Shown here: piece by piece, positions 13,049 through 25,563 of the stretch | Position numbering within the stretch: position 1 is the stretch's first letter | Layout of the letters: each line of letters starts with the position of its first letter | NCBI GenBank assembly: GCA_010909165.1 | Contig: MU008168.1 | Location: 1,116,001-1,180,000, forward strand | From: Anthoceros angustus | Lineage: Eukaryota; Plantae; Anthocerotophyta | Direction of reading: 5' to 3' | Length of the DNA: 64,000 nt | Notes under the pieces: generated by a model | The model's input: the letters and a program-made list of their open reading frames with translations, nothing else | The model's database searches: none | Told to the model about the DNA's origin: nothing | Made by a program: the position numbers and the translations under genes

Positions 13049-15744
13049 GATGTCCAAGGCTTTCATCGAGTCTTCAGAAGATACCTAAGTTGAGTTAGAG
13101 TTTATCATATAGACTATTACTATATGAGCAAAGAATAATTATATAATCATACATATTTAATCTGGAATTGAACAATATGACGAAGTTTGGTCATTACTTT
13201 AGTGATTATGCTAATGTACACATATTTTTTTTTCTATTAAAAAAAGTTTAGTTGTTAGTAATTTGCTACTGTACAAGCATATTTTTTTTCATTGGAAATT
13301 TTTTTACGTGCAATCTGCCTGTATACTTGTATATTTTCTTCTACGCATCAATAGAAAAGTAAATTATGTTTTATTAAGGAAAAAGCAATGGGGAAAACCC
13401 TATCCAGCCGCCTTGTGAAGGATTGCCGTCGAGAGGGCCCTTTAGAGGGTAATGGAGACTCGCTGTTTGAAGTTAGGTGTGAAATAAGAAAGGGACAATC
13501 CTGCGCCATGCCCCGCATCCATAGCACTCGATGACACTTAATACCAGGCACCTTAACTTCTTGGTCTTCCTCTACACTCTCGTGGAGTTCATGGGGTCGT
13601 TCCATTCTTTCTGTATCAATTTTCGTATTGAATATTATTTTGCTTCTCATCGTTGCTCAATAGATCACACGCAGAATTGAAATGCATCCGGTAAACAATA
13701 CCTCCTTTCTTCCATTATGTTGATTGGAATGTAGGATTATATTATTTTGGTTGGCTGAGAACGTAGTTATCTCCAGGTTATGAAGGTCTATAATTGAATG
13801 CCCTGGTATGCAATCTATGCTGAGTGCCAATGGCTATTCCAGCTTACAAACTGAATGCGGATGCCCCACTAAAGTAGTCATGCGGGGGCTAACCCTCGGC
13901 ACCCTCTGGTTCCGGTATACATGCTCGTCATCAAGCTCATGTCATAGTTTTTTCCGATGCTCTTACTGGCCTGATCCTCCCATGCCCCTATAGCCCCTAC
14001 TGCAGACAACGACTTGAATCTGTGCCATTGTAGAATGCATTTTGAGTTTTATTTTAAATTTAACCTGGCAAGATGTATATTGTTTGTCGCTGTACTGTAT
14101 CACATTTTCTCTTTTATTGTCCCGCCTATACTAATATTCGAGTTCATTACACTCTTTTGTTTGAGTTTGTTGGTTTCTCCTTGCGCAGATTCTTCTCTTT
14201 TCATATTTCTAAGCTCTCTGCACTCTGTCTTTCTGAGCTTCTTGACCGTCGGCATGCTTTGTTGGACTCCGTATATGTTTCGCCTCTTTTTTCCTCTTTT
14301 TCCTCCTTTTTCTCATCTCAAATTGCTACTGTCTTTCTAGTTTAAATGTATGTATATGTACTCGGTTCTTTCTTTCTTTTACGCTGTACTATCTCTACTC
14401 CATGATGGTCCTTCCATCCTTAGCGCACATAAATAAAGTTGTTGTTGTTGCGTTTCCACTCGTTATCCCGGGTCCTCAGGTTCTAGCCTCGAGCAACAGT
14501 ATGCCTATGTGTGGATAGTATCGAATCGCCCATTGGCAGACGCCATAGGAATTTTTTTGTTTTCCTGTAATTTATTTTTTCTGTAAGGTTTAATAACCTC
14601 AGCTTTTCAACCCATAGAAGAAAAATCAGCACGCCTCAAAACAACAGGTATTGACACCCCTCTTGGATTTTCTTAGTACCAATCAAACAAGTGGGATCCC
14701 ATCCGAATATTGTCCTCCTAAAAGAACCGATATTGAATTCTTCTCGAATTTTCTCAATCAAACATGTGGGATTCCATCCCAATAATGTACTATTCTGGTA
14801 AAAGAATTGAGATTGAATTCATTTTCAATTGATAAACAAATGTGCGCAAGATGTGACACAAGGGCTATCTAGTGTTTGTTCGGTCTTGGCTGATGTTACA
14901 TCTCTCTCCCCCTTTTTGTTGTTTTAAGGATACTAGTTGTATCCTTTGGAGGGGCTATCTCGTGCTTTTTTTTTTTTAATGTTACACCTTAATTCTCCTT
15001 TTCTTGTTTCAAGGATGCTAGTTGAATCCTCGATGTTTTCATATCTAAGCCTTTTGTCCTTGATCTAGGCCAATTTGTATCTCCTATTATACAAAAGACC
15101 TTGTACGTTTCTCTAAACAAAACATGAGGATGATCCCCATCCTAGTAATGATGGATGGTGAGGTGTTTAATTGTGAAGTTCTTATTGTTGCCTGAGAGAA
15201 TACAATCTAAGGATCGCTCTTCACTGGTGGTTTGGCTACTTCAGCTGAATTGAACAATAGACACAAACTAGTGCAACACAGGTATGACCGTTGAGTTCTC
15301 AATGAACTAAAGGTGTATGAATTGCTATAAATTGTGCAAATTGATTGTAAACACCTTAAGACAAGCGGCTATGAACCAATGGTAATATTGATTTCATTTA
15401 ACCTTTTATCATTTCAAGTTAAAAAAAGAAAAAAAATAATAAATAAGTAAAAATAATTTAAATAAAATCAAAGGAAATAGTAAATTATAGAATAGACTTT
15501 ATATTTTCATCGTATTTTATGCAAATAATGTGAGTTTTTTCTAAGTACCTCAATAGACTCGTAGTTCGGGAGCTTAGTTCGGCTAGTTCCGACGGTTGCC
15601 GGCCAAGTCAGCATTGATTTGAGTTCGAGCTGGTGCCCAAACGCATTCTATCGTAGCAACCAATTCACTAACAATGTGCTGACATGACAAGTAATGATTG
15701 GCTGCTAATTGAGTTTCTCCTAGTTTGGGATCCAAACTCAAGAG

Positions 15745-16390
15745 GTACGGATTACCCATGGTTTGGACAAATTGAGATAAAAGAAAACGTATTACTCATC
15801 CTAGGCAAGGCTCCTATCTCCTGGTCCAATAAGAAAGGACCTACTATTGCCCTGCTAAGTATTGAGTCGGAGTACAAAATACTAACCTCAGTTGCTTATG
15901 ATATTGTACGGATTACCCATGGTTTGGACAAATTGAGATAAAAGAAAACGTATTACTCATCCTAGGCAAGGCTCCTATCTCCTGGTCCAATAAGAAAGGA
16001 CCTACTATTGCCCTGCTAAGTATTGAGTCGGAGTACAAAATACTAACCTCAGTTGCTTATGATATTGTCAAGTTGTACGTTAGCTTTAGATGAGCTCAAT
16101 CACCCGCAAAATAATCATAAATCATTATTTAGTGATAGCCATGGAGCTAAAGCCTTAGCTAAAAACCATATCTTTCATTCCAGAACTACTAAGCACATAG
16201 CAGTTGAGTATCATTATATAAACTGCGCTTAGAGAATAAGACTACAGACATTAAGACTACAGACATTAAATATATACAAACTCAAGAGAATCCAGCTGAT
16301 TTACCGACAAAATCTCTTGGTCGAGACTTGCACAATAAGCACATGAAAGTCTTAGGTGTACTAGATATAAAGTCTAAACCTCCTTAAGTT
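15745..16390 (+). mobile_element. Degenerate Ty1/copia RNase H remnant containing a 161-bp tandem duplication
   Basis: ISWSNKKGPTIALLSIESEY, NHIFHSRT/KHI and ENPADLPTKSL motifs. The segment starting at 15745 repeats exactly from 15906. Confidence 0.85.
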
Positions 16391-17656
16391 AGCACTTTTA
16401 CAGTAATAATTTATGGGCAGATTCAAGTTAATTTTATTATCCTATCCCCAAGCTTTATCTATGTAGTCTTTTTCTTCTTCTACTCAAGCTCTTGTTAAGC
16501 GGGGTTCGCGGGTCGTTCCGCGGGACTTGGCTTGACAAACAAAGCCTTCTTTTGACCTCGATTGCGCATTACCCATCGAGGAAGTGTCTCCTTTCAAGCC
16601 GCTTGGTAGGAGAGCGAAGCTGGTTCATGTTCTTAATTACAAGTACAATTGCTACCTATATAAGGAATCAGTGAGGATGCTGGATTCCGAAATCAGCGCT
16701 AGGAAGAAAAGAAGCCCTGGGGCCAGTGTTGGGCGCTACTATCCAATTATATGGTTTGATAATCTAGATTAAATCGAGCTATCCTACAAGATCTCGAGCG
16801 TAATGATATAGAGAGGTAAATTTTGTGATTGAGTTGGATACGCTGTCCGAGAAGTCACAATTCGCTACCCATAGTTCGTCAAGTCAATTCAATTTGAAAA
16901 TCCAACTGAACTGATGAAATCAAAACTAAACTAACTAGCTGTTGAACTGACTAGCTGGCAGGATGAAGTGAACTATTGAACTGACCTAGACAATCACTTC
17001 TAGATCATATCGTAAGAATGTTATAATCATATAAAATATCTATTTATATAATTAAATAATTTAAAGATAAAATAATCATTCTCATAAAACAGGTCAGATT
17101 ATAAAATATATTTAACTGTGAAACTTTATAATTAAACCTCGTTGCGCAGACAACAACATACCACGGGCACCCGGGCGGATCACCAACCCTCCAGAGGGAG
17201 ATCAGTAGCGAGATCCGGAACCGTCCGAGTTGTTTCCCGACGTTCCCGCTGGGTCGGTCTTTCAAATTTGTCGTATCTGTCGAAAAGGGCTGTGGCGTAC
17301 CCATTAAATACATAACGCGTGCCCTAGCCTGATAAACAAATGAAATGAAGGGTCGATTGTTGAACGTGTGGAATGCAGACTACCACGGTCCATGGAAGGC
17401 TGTCAATAGCTGACGGTGAAGCAGAGGCGATGGTTGTTCCAACAGCTGAAGTGCAGGTACCAATCTCTATCGAGCAGGAAAGCCCACTTGCAATTTGCAG
17501 TGCGGTTCACAGCTTGCGACGTGTGCTGTGCAGGAGACGCCCCTGCTTCTACCAGTACAGGTTGTCAGAAGTTAAGCACATGACAGTTCCAATCCACGCA
17601 ATTGCCGTGGCATGCCCGGTGAATTCACGACTAGTTGTGTACATGCTTGCGGGAAG

Positions 17657-20049
17657 ATGAAGAAGCAGGCGAGATCTGACTCCGCCGAGTCGGTCTCCAA
17701 TTCGCTGCCGCATTTGCATCAAGTGCTGGTAGACAACCTTGACAAGGAGGGGCTCACAGCCGACCATGGTCGTGAGAGTCCTCGGGGTGACACTTCCCCA
17801 CAGGCAGGAGGCAACAATTGCATGGCACTCGCGCTCACCCTTTCGGTGGTCATCAACGTGCTGTTCGTCATCCTGTGCGTGTCGAGTCCCTCCGGCTTGA
17901 CAAGGCACAAACCAGCCGAGGTTAACGGGAAGCAGTTGATGCAGTGGAGCCGGCGTGCTGCACTGGAGGCAGAAGCGGCTTCAGCTTTCAAGTGTTCCGA
18001 CCATGGCCAGCTGTTTGTGGACAGCCTGATGGAGGCAAGGGAGACTAACGGCACGCCCGTTTGCGAGTGCAACGATTGCTTCACCGGCCATAATTGCTCT
18101 GAAGCCGTCCCGGACTGCCGAGCTGATTCTTCCAGGTACCAATTTTCGCTCAAGCCACATCTGTCGCAGATCTGGATCCGTTTGCGGATTGTGCATGCGC
18201 TAAGCCTTCACGGTTTGGTTTGCTAGAGCCAAAGAGGACGGGAGTAGTGTGTGGATTCTGCTCCACTGCTTGTTGTTTTACAATCAAGATTCTGCTAACA
18301 AGTGTTCTGAAATTTGCAGCGGAGATCCTCTCATGTTTGAGGCATTCTGGAAGCGGAATGCGGAAGCAAGTGCAGTGGTGATACCTGGTTGGTACAGTAT
18401 GAGCTACAAGGTGGCCAGAAGTGGCAGACGGGAGTCAGGCTCTGCACTGGGGACGTTGGAGCGGCAGATCCGGGCGGTGCATGAGCTTGTAGGGAATGCA
18501 GTGACCGAGGGCAGGCACATTGTGTTGGGGACGGGGTCAGCTCAGCTCGTCGCTGCCGCCATCAACAGCATCTCCCAGCTTCAGCCTGGTGCAGCTGTCT
18601 GTGAAGAGCCTACCAAAGTTGTGGCGCCTGCTCCTTACTGCAATGTATGTCTCAAGAATATTCCACCAGCTGGTACCAAGATATTTTGCGGCCCAGATCT
18701 GACGCTCCTTGGCTTTGGTTTTGGCGCAGTCGTATGCTTCCCAGACACAGCTATTTCGTTCCACATGCCTAGAGTGGGCAGGTGATGCTCGGCAATACGA
18801 TCATGGCGATGAAGTGCAGAAGGGGCAGGCTACTGCTGGCCACACCAGGCGTTTTTTGGAGATTGTGGCCTCTCCCAACAACCCTGACGGCAAACCCCAG
18901 GAGGCTGTGTTGGGCGGCAATGGCACCAGTACCGTGTACGACCTAGCCTACTACTGGCCTCACTTCACCCCCATCACGGGCCCTGCAGATCACAACATCA
19001 TGCTCTTCTCGCTCTCCAAGCTCACAGGCCATGCCGGCAGCCGCATCGGGTGAGTATCATTGTTCATTCCTGATGAAAAAAGCAGTCTTTCAATCCGCTT
19101 GCTGTCGCTTGGGGCTTAGTTTTCAATCCTGTGCAATGCACATTCCGAGATTTCCAATGGCGTGGTACATACATGTGTAATCCTACTGACAGTGATGACC
19201 ATGGACGCTGCAGGTGGGCTCTTGTCAAGGACAGAGAAGTGGCGGAGAAGATGATGGAGTATGTGTGGAGTAGCACAATGGGGGTGTCACATGAGTCTCA
19301 GCTCAGGGCTACGCAGCTCCTCAAGACAGTGATGTCAGGATACACCGGGACGAGGACCTCGCATGCCGTCCACTGGGAGTCATCACCATCAGCTTGTGAA
19401 GAGAGGCATGCCAGTCCTGCTGGCGCTGCTGCAGCGTTTTGCCACAGCCAACGCCTGTTTCACTACGCCCATGCACTTCTAAGCGACCGCTGGGACAGGC
19501 TGCGAGATGTGCTGTTCGCCTCGTCTCGCTTCAAGCTGCAGAAGCTGGAATCCCAGAATTGCACCTTCTTCGGCCAAGTGTCGTCACCATCACCTGGTAG
19601 GCCCCGCCTGTGCATTGCTTGCCATCATTTTCGTGAAATGCATCGCTTGCAATCATGATCCCCAGCACCTCGTTCTGTTCTTGTCGTCCGCGCGCGTCTC
19701 GTGTGACCGTAACGATGAATCTTTCGGTTTCTAGAACTTTCAAGAAACACTTTTCTAAAAGTTAGTTCCACGACTGACTGACGACCTGACAAATTGTGAT
19801 TGCGCAGCATTCGCGTGGATCCAATGCACGAGAGAGTCGGAGCGGGATTGTGCAGCAGTGCTGCGAGGGGCAGGCATTGTAGGAGAGAGCGGGAGCATTT
19901 TCGGAGCGGATGCAAGTTTTGTGCGGCTGAGTTTGATGAACCGGGAGCAGGTGTTGGAGAATGTGGTGACGCGTTTGAGACATCTTGCGGATCCGGATGC
20001 GGTGGTTACAACGAGAAGCAGCGGCAGCGAACAGGCAAGTTCCTGGTAG
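17657..20049 (+). CDS. TAR: Tryptophan aminotransferase-related / alliinase-family PLP enzyme with N-terminal TM segment and EGF-like domain; exons ~17657-18135, 18320-18644, 18730-19049, 19214-19595, 19808-20049
   Basis: CSDHG..CECNDCFTGHNCS..C alliinase EGF motif, GDPLMFEAFW, SPNNPDG, DLAYYWPHFTPI, SLSKLTGHAGSRIG (PLP lysine), FVRLSL. Confidence 0.9.
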
Positions 20050-20249
20050 CTGGCAAAGCGTAACTGTAGCTCAAGAATAGGTAGTTTATGTGCGTACATG
20101 AATGTTGCAAACAAATTCGTGTATGTATGTAAATCGTCCAGTCCGCTCATTACATTGCAGTACTAGCTAGACCTAGGAGTAGGAGTAGATAGCAGTAGGG
20201 TAAGAGAGGCGATGTTGTAAAATATGTAGAGTCTGATTTTGAGGAGTTA

Positions 20250-21737
20250 TCACGTGGACTCATCGGGAATGCTCTTCAAGTTGTCGCCTGTAGGAATGAG
20301 CTCCTGCGAGCGGTCGTGGCGAGAGTAATCTTCCCGCTCGCCGTCGCCCCATAGCGCGTACGCCTCCTCGCCGTGCACAGCGTCGTCCCCGGTGATGAGC
20401 ATGTCCTGGTCCATGCGCAGGGGCGTGATGCTTCGGACGAGGAGCAGGACGAGCGAGGTGACCACCACGTTCCAGCCAATGATGAAGGCAGCGCCCCCGA
20501 GCTGGAGCACGAGCTGGAAGGGGCTGCCGTAGAAGGCGCCCTTGGTGTTGGTGACGACGCAGAAGAGGGAGGAGAGGTAGGGCTCGGCGAAGAAGCCGGT
20601 AAGGATGCCGCCGAGGGTGCCTGCCACGGCGTGGGTGTGGAATACGCCCATGGTGTCGTCCACATGCTGTAGCCAGGCGGAGCGCTTGTGCACCACCATC
20701 ATGGTGAACCAGGGGATGCTGCCGCTGGCGATGCCCATAAAGATGGCGGCGAAGGCTTGGACGACGCCGGCGCCGGGGGTGATGCACACCAGCCCCGTGA
20801 TCATGCCCTGCACGGCGCCGATCACCGACGGCTTCCCGAAGAACACCACGTCCAGCAGGCACCACACCAGGAGGCTGGTGGCGGCGCAGATGTTGGTGTT
20901 GAGCACGGCCATGCTGGCGTCGCGGTTGGCGGCGTAGGGGTCCCCGCCGTTGAAGCCTGCCCAGCCCAGCCAGAGCAGGCCCGCACCGGCCAGCATGAGC
21001 AGCAGGTTGTTGGGCGGGAAGCGCTCGCGGTCCTGGGTGAGGCGCGGGCCGACCCAGTAGGCGGCGGTGAAGCCGGCCACGCCAGAGGAGAGGTGGATGA
21101 CGTAGCCGCCGGAGTAGTCGATGACGCCCCAGTGGTAAAGGAAGCCGCCGCCCCACAGGCTGAAGGCGCCAACGGTGTAGGAGAAGGTGAGCCATAGGGG
21201 CACGAACAGGATCCAGGCCTTGGTGGACATGCGGCCCAGCAGCGAGCCGGCGATGAGGATCAGGGTGATGGCCGCGAACACGAACTGGAAGTACACCATA
21301 GTGGCTGCCGGGTAGAAGGGCATGGTGACGGGCGTCTCGATGCTGCCCTTGGGGTGGTTGGCGTCGCCGTGCGTGTAATAGTGCTGGGTGCTGGGCAGGA
21401 TGGACTGCGCCGCCAGGAATTTGTAATCCAGCGAGAAGCCCGCCTTCCCCCAGAAGGGCAGCAGCCTCTCCCCGAAGCTCATCTGGTACGCAAACAGCAC
21501 CCAGCACAGCAGCACCGCCGCGTACGCATACAGCGCCATGAAGGCGGAGTTCACCGCCCACTTCTTCTTCACTATGCTGCCGTACAGGATCACCAGCCCC
21601 GGCACCGACTGCATCCCCACCAGCGTCCCCGCCGTCAGCTGCCATGCGTTGTCGCCCTTGTTTAGCCAGTCTGGCACCGACGAAGTGGCCGACCCGTTTA
21701 TGTACGCCAGCGGCACCATCGGCGGCGGTATCGCCAT
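20250..21737 (-). CDS. AMT2: Ammonium transporter, AMT2 (MEP-type) family, intronless, 495 aa
   Basis: [62 protein letters not shown]. Confidence 0.97.
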   Translation of the reverse strand: MAIPPPMVPLAYINGSATSSVPDWLNKGDNAWQLTAGTLVGMQSVPGLVILYGSIVKKKWAVNSAFMALYAYAAVLLCWVLFAYQMSFGERLLPFWGKAGFSLDYKFLAAQSILPSTQHYYTHGDANHPKGSIETPVTMPFYPAATMVYFQFVFAAITLILIAGSLLGRMSTKAWILFVPLWLTFSYTVGAFSLWGGGFLYHWGVIDYSGGYVIHLSSGVAGFTAAYWVGPRLTQDRERFPPNNLLLMLAGAGLLWLGWAGFNGGDPYAANRDASMAVLNTNICAATSLLVWCLLDVVFFGKPSVIGAVQGMITGLVCITPGAGVVQAFAAIFMGIASGSIPWFTMMVVHKRSAWLQHVDDTMGVFHTHAVAGTLGGILTGFFAEPYLSSLFCVVTNTKGAFYGSPFQLVLQLGGAAFIIGWNVVVTSLVLLLVRSITPLRMDQDMLITGDDAVHGEEAYALWGDGEREDYSRHDRSQELIPTGDNLKSIPDEST

Positions 21738-22146
21738 CTTGTCCTGGTCCTGCAGAGGCTACTCGGCCTGGACTTGACTTGGTATGTGTAGAACTTTGTC
21801 TACTTCTTCAAATCCCCAACCACCTCAGGCTGCTGCAAGAAACAATCTAGTTGCTGCTTTCTGCAATCACAGCCGGAGCTCACAATCCGATTCGGAGCCC
21901 AGTGCCGCTGCAGCAGCCGCAGATCGCGAATTCAACTGATTGATATCACGCCTGCTCGCGATGCATTCATCAAGGTCCCAGAGGCAGCACCACGCTCCAA
22001 TCAGGCTGCAATGCCTTGCAAATGAGAAGACATTGCGCCAGCCTCTGGTGCCCAGGCCCAAGATTGCAACTTCCGCGCCACACTTCTAAACTGGCTGCTG
22101 CCTTCCCCTATAAAAGGGAGCCTCTGCATTCTCCAGGAGAGGGATC

Positions 22147-22830
22147 CTAGGCGCAAAACAGCACCCAGCACAGCAGCACCGCCGCGTACGCATACAGCGC
22201 CATGAAGGCGGAGTTCACCGCCCACTTCTTCTTCACTATGCTGCCGTACAGGATCACCAGCCCCGGCACCGACTGCATCCCCACCAGCGTCCCCGCCGTC
22301 AGCTGCCATGCGTTGTCGCCCTTGTTTAGCCAGTCTGGCACCGACGAAGTGGCCGACCCGTTTATGTACGCCAGCGGCACCATCGGCGGCGGTATCGCCA
22401 TCTTGTCCTGGTCCTGCAGAGGCTACTCGGCCTGGACTTGACTTGGTATGTGTGTAGAACTTTGTCTACTTCTTCAAATCCCCAACCACCTCAGGCTGCT
22501 GCAAGAAACAATCTAGTTGCTGCTTTCTGCAATCACAGCCGGAGCTCACAATCCGATTCGGAGCCCAGTGCCGCTGCAGCAGCCGCAGATCGCGAATTCA
22601 ACTGATTGATATCACGCCTGCTCGCGATGCATTCATCAAGGTCCCAGAGGCAGCACCACGCTCCAATCAGGCTGCAATGCCTTGCAAATGAGAAGACATT
22701 GCGCCAGCCTCTGGTGCCCAGGCCCAAGATTGCAACTTCCGCGCCACACTTCTAAACTGGCTGCTGCCTTCCCCTATAAAAGGGAGCCTCTGCATTCTCC
22801 AGGAGAGGGATCCTAGGCGCAAAACAGCAA
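22147..22830 (-). pseudogene. AMT2: Partial tandem duplicate of the AMT2 5' region (upstream sequence plus first ~82 codons, then stop)
   Basis: ~21490-22162 is repeated at ~22152-22830 (period 664-666; only a 2-bp tg indel seen). ORF 22147-22401 is 84 aa. Confidence 0.9.
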
Positions 22831-23409
22831 CAAGCCCCTCGGTTAACTGGGCCGTTTAACTCCAGCTTCAGCCGCCTCCCAGTCCCGGGCGGAGACTCCC
22901 AGCACAGACAGTGTTCATCCAACAGCCACGGCCACCTCAGATCCACGCAAGATTCAACAAGATACATTCCACACTTTGCACCGATTGCCCATGGGAATCT
23001 CAGCCGGGGAGCCGGGCTGGGCGCCGGCAGTCTCTTCTTCGTAGTACTATTCAGCAATTGTGTCGTGAAAACACCTGTATCACACATTGTGTTCCTCCTC
23101 ACCTCAACAGGGGGGACTTTTTTCATCGCTCTCACATAAAAGTGTGAGATGAATTGGGAACATTCCCATGCTACATCATTTCCTACAAATGTAGTCATAA
23201 ATGGGGACCACTAACTGTGTAGTAATTACATATTGGTGGCCAAGTCCTCGTCGGTGACTTGGATCTCCCGGAGTGTTACATACATTTTTTGGACTGTCAG
23301 CTAGCGCAATTGCAAGCTGTGGCTGCGGTTTGTCAGCTTGCAAAAGCCAAGAAAGGAGAGAAGAGATGAAGGGTTCGGCGAGGAATGAGTCTACCCTATC
23401 ATAATTGTG

Positions 23410-25332
23410 TTAAACCTTGAGTTGCTGTTGCTGCGGCTTGCGGGAGGAGGGAGGAGGTACAAGAGCTCTCACGTAGGCAGCAGGGAGCGAAAACAGCTTC
23501 TTCACCTTACCCACATAAGCTCGCTTGCTGAAGTTGTCATAATCGTTCTTCTCGATTTCATCCAGGATTTGCTGATACAAGATCAGGCAAGCCCACACCT
23601 GATGCAAAAGGAAAAAATGACGGCATTAGAGAAGGAGCATGTCGAATGATGCAACAAGCAGGTCTTCGGTGGTGGCGCAGGAAGCGGCACTCACCGGCCA
23701 ACGGCTGTCCTTGTCGAGCTCCACCACGCCGCTCTCGGCTTCCGCAAAAAACATTCGAGCTCGAGTGATTTGGTCTTTCATGAAGGCACGCCACTTGTCC
23801 GTGACTTTGCCCGCAAAGATGTCTTCGTCACACAGGCCGAACTGAGCAAGTTCATCCTGGGGGAGATACACTCTTCCTCTCCGGGCACTGGAGTTGAGAT
23901 GAGACACAACCGCCCCATCCATCCGTACAACGGAGTCAGAGCCAGGGAACAGAAGCGAGGCGAAAGAGGCAGCACAGAATGGGGTGGAGTGGGCTCGACA
24001 CTCACTCTTCTCCGACATCCCGTAGGATGTTGGTGAGCTGATTGGCGATGCCCAGCGCCAGGGCTGCATTATACACGCTCTCAGTGGTCGCCCTGGACTC
24101 GGGAGCAATGCCCATTATGGGCACACTCATCAGCCCTACAGTCCCAGCCACGTTGTAGCAGTACATGTACAGCTCGTCGAAGTTGGCATAGCGCGACTTC
24201 ACAAGGTCCATCCGCATGCCATCGATCATATCTCGGTACGGCTGCAGCTCATAAAGCAGGCCGACAAGCCATCGGTAAGTCGTACCACACACCAGCCAAC
24301 ACCAGAGATGTGATAACACAATGGAGATGAGATACCATACCTGGATGTCAACAGGGAACCTGGCCACCATATCCGCCAGAGCGGCATCAAGCATGTCGTA
24401 CGGCTGGCCACGAAACACATCCTCCAATCGCTCCTCCCACCGGTCCAGAGCAGTGGGAGTGATCCGAGATGCATTAGGCCCGTCCACCAGCTCGTCCGTT
24501 CTCCTACACCACACTGCAAAAGCACAGACTACTGTGAGCCACCTTCTCACGTCTCACCTTCATAAGACAGAACAAAAGGCCTCTTACACCTGCACACAGC
24601 AATGCGCTTACCGTACATAGCCCAGATAGCCCGCTGCCTCTCCGGAGTCATGAGCTTAGTCCCTGAAAGCAGAGTAGGAGTCAGCTCCCACACAATAACA
24701 CACACTCGCACTTGAATTCCACAAACAGTGCCGCTGACTCGACACAGAGACACACCACTAACAGCACACATACCGAGATAAAACGTCTTGGCGTACTCCG
24801 CACAAACCTCTCCACACCTCACATACGCCTCCTCCAGCAGCTGCGGGGACGGCACGGCCTTGGCCAGCTTCACCTTACTCGAGCCCCAGCCCTTGTCCTG
24901 GTCCTCATCCTTCTCCTTCAGCAGAGCCTCCTGCTTCCGCTCCCGTATCTGCTGCTCCACCAAAGCCGCCTGCTTGGCCACCACATCATACACCCTGAGC
25001 TCGGAGGGAACAATGATCCTCCCGGAAGCCGAAGCCTGCGCCACGAGGCTGGCCCGCTCCTCCGTCACAATCCCGCTCCCGCCGCACTGGCCGCCCTGAC
25101 ACACCACCTCGTACTCCCAGTCCTGCTCCTGCTCAGGCTCCTGCTCCGGCAGCAGCTGGCCGCTGCCTCCTTCAGGCCCCCGCATCTCTCCCTGGAACAA
25201 GCTCCCGCCGCTGCTCCCGACGCTGCAGCCGCCGATCCCCCCGGCCCTCAGCTGCTGCTGCTGCTGCACCTGGCTCTCGGGAATGGCTGCCGCTGCGGCA
25301 ACAGCCTGGTACGAAACCACCTGCATTTGCAT
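23410..25332 (-). CDS. PSY: Phytoene synthase, multi-exon
   Basis: [86 protein letters not shown]. Confidence 0.97.
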
Positions 25333-25428
25333 TGCTCCCGACCACGGCTCAGCTCTCCAGCAAGCCTCACGAGCTCTCCGACCCTCCCGCTGCCGCTGCC
25401 GCTGCCGCCTCGCCTGGCGTGCAATGCC

Positions 25429-25563
25429 TCACTCCGCGGTGCTGCTCTCCGCAGCCATGGCCGCGCAAATGCCGTACAGGAGCTACGATTCGCGTCTCGC
25501 CCCAGCTGAACACGCGAGTCCTCAGCTGGAGTCGCGAATGAGATGGAATCGCGAATCGCAGCT
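25429..25563 (-). promoter_or_regulatory. Putative PSY 5' leader hairpin (25481-25563) followed by a 9-aa uORF (25429-25458)
   Basis: 14-bp stem 25481-25494/25550-25563, inner 8-bp stem 25502-25509/25522-25529, and uORF MAAESSTAE* in gccATGG context. Confidence 0.45.

Noticed and set aside
20260-21645. 461-aa overlapping ORF in AMT2 (also the 304-aa antisense ORF 11296-12210)
   Set aside because: Shadow frames caused by high GC3 codon usage; low-complexity translations.
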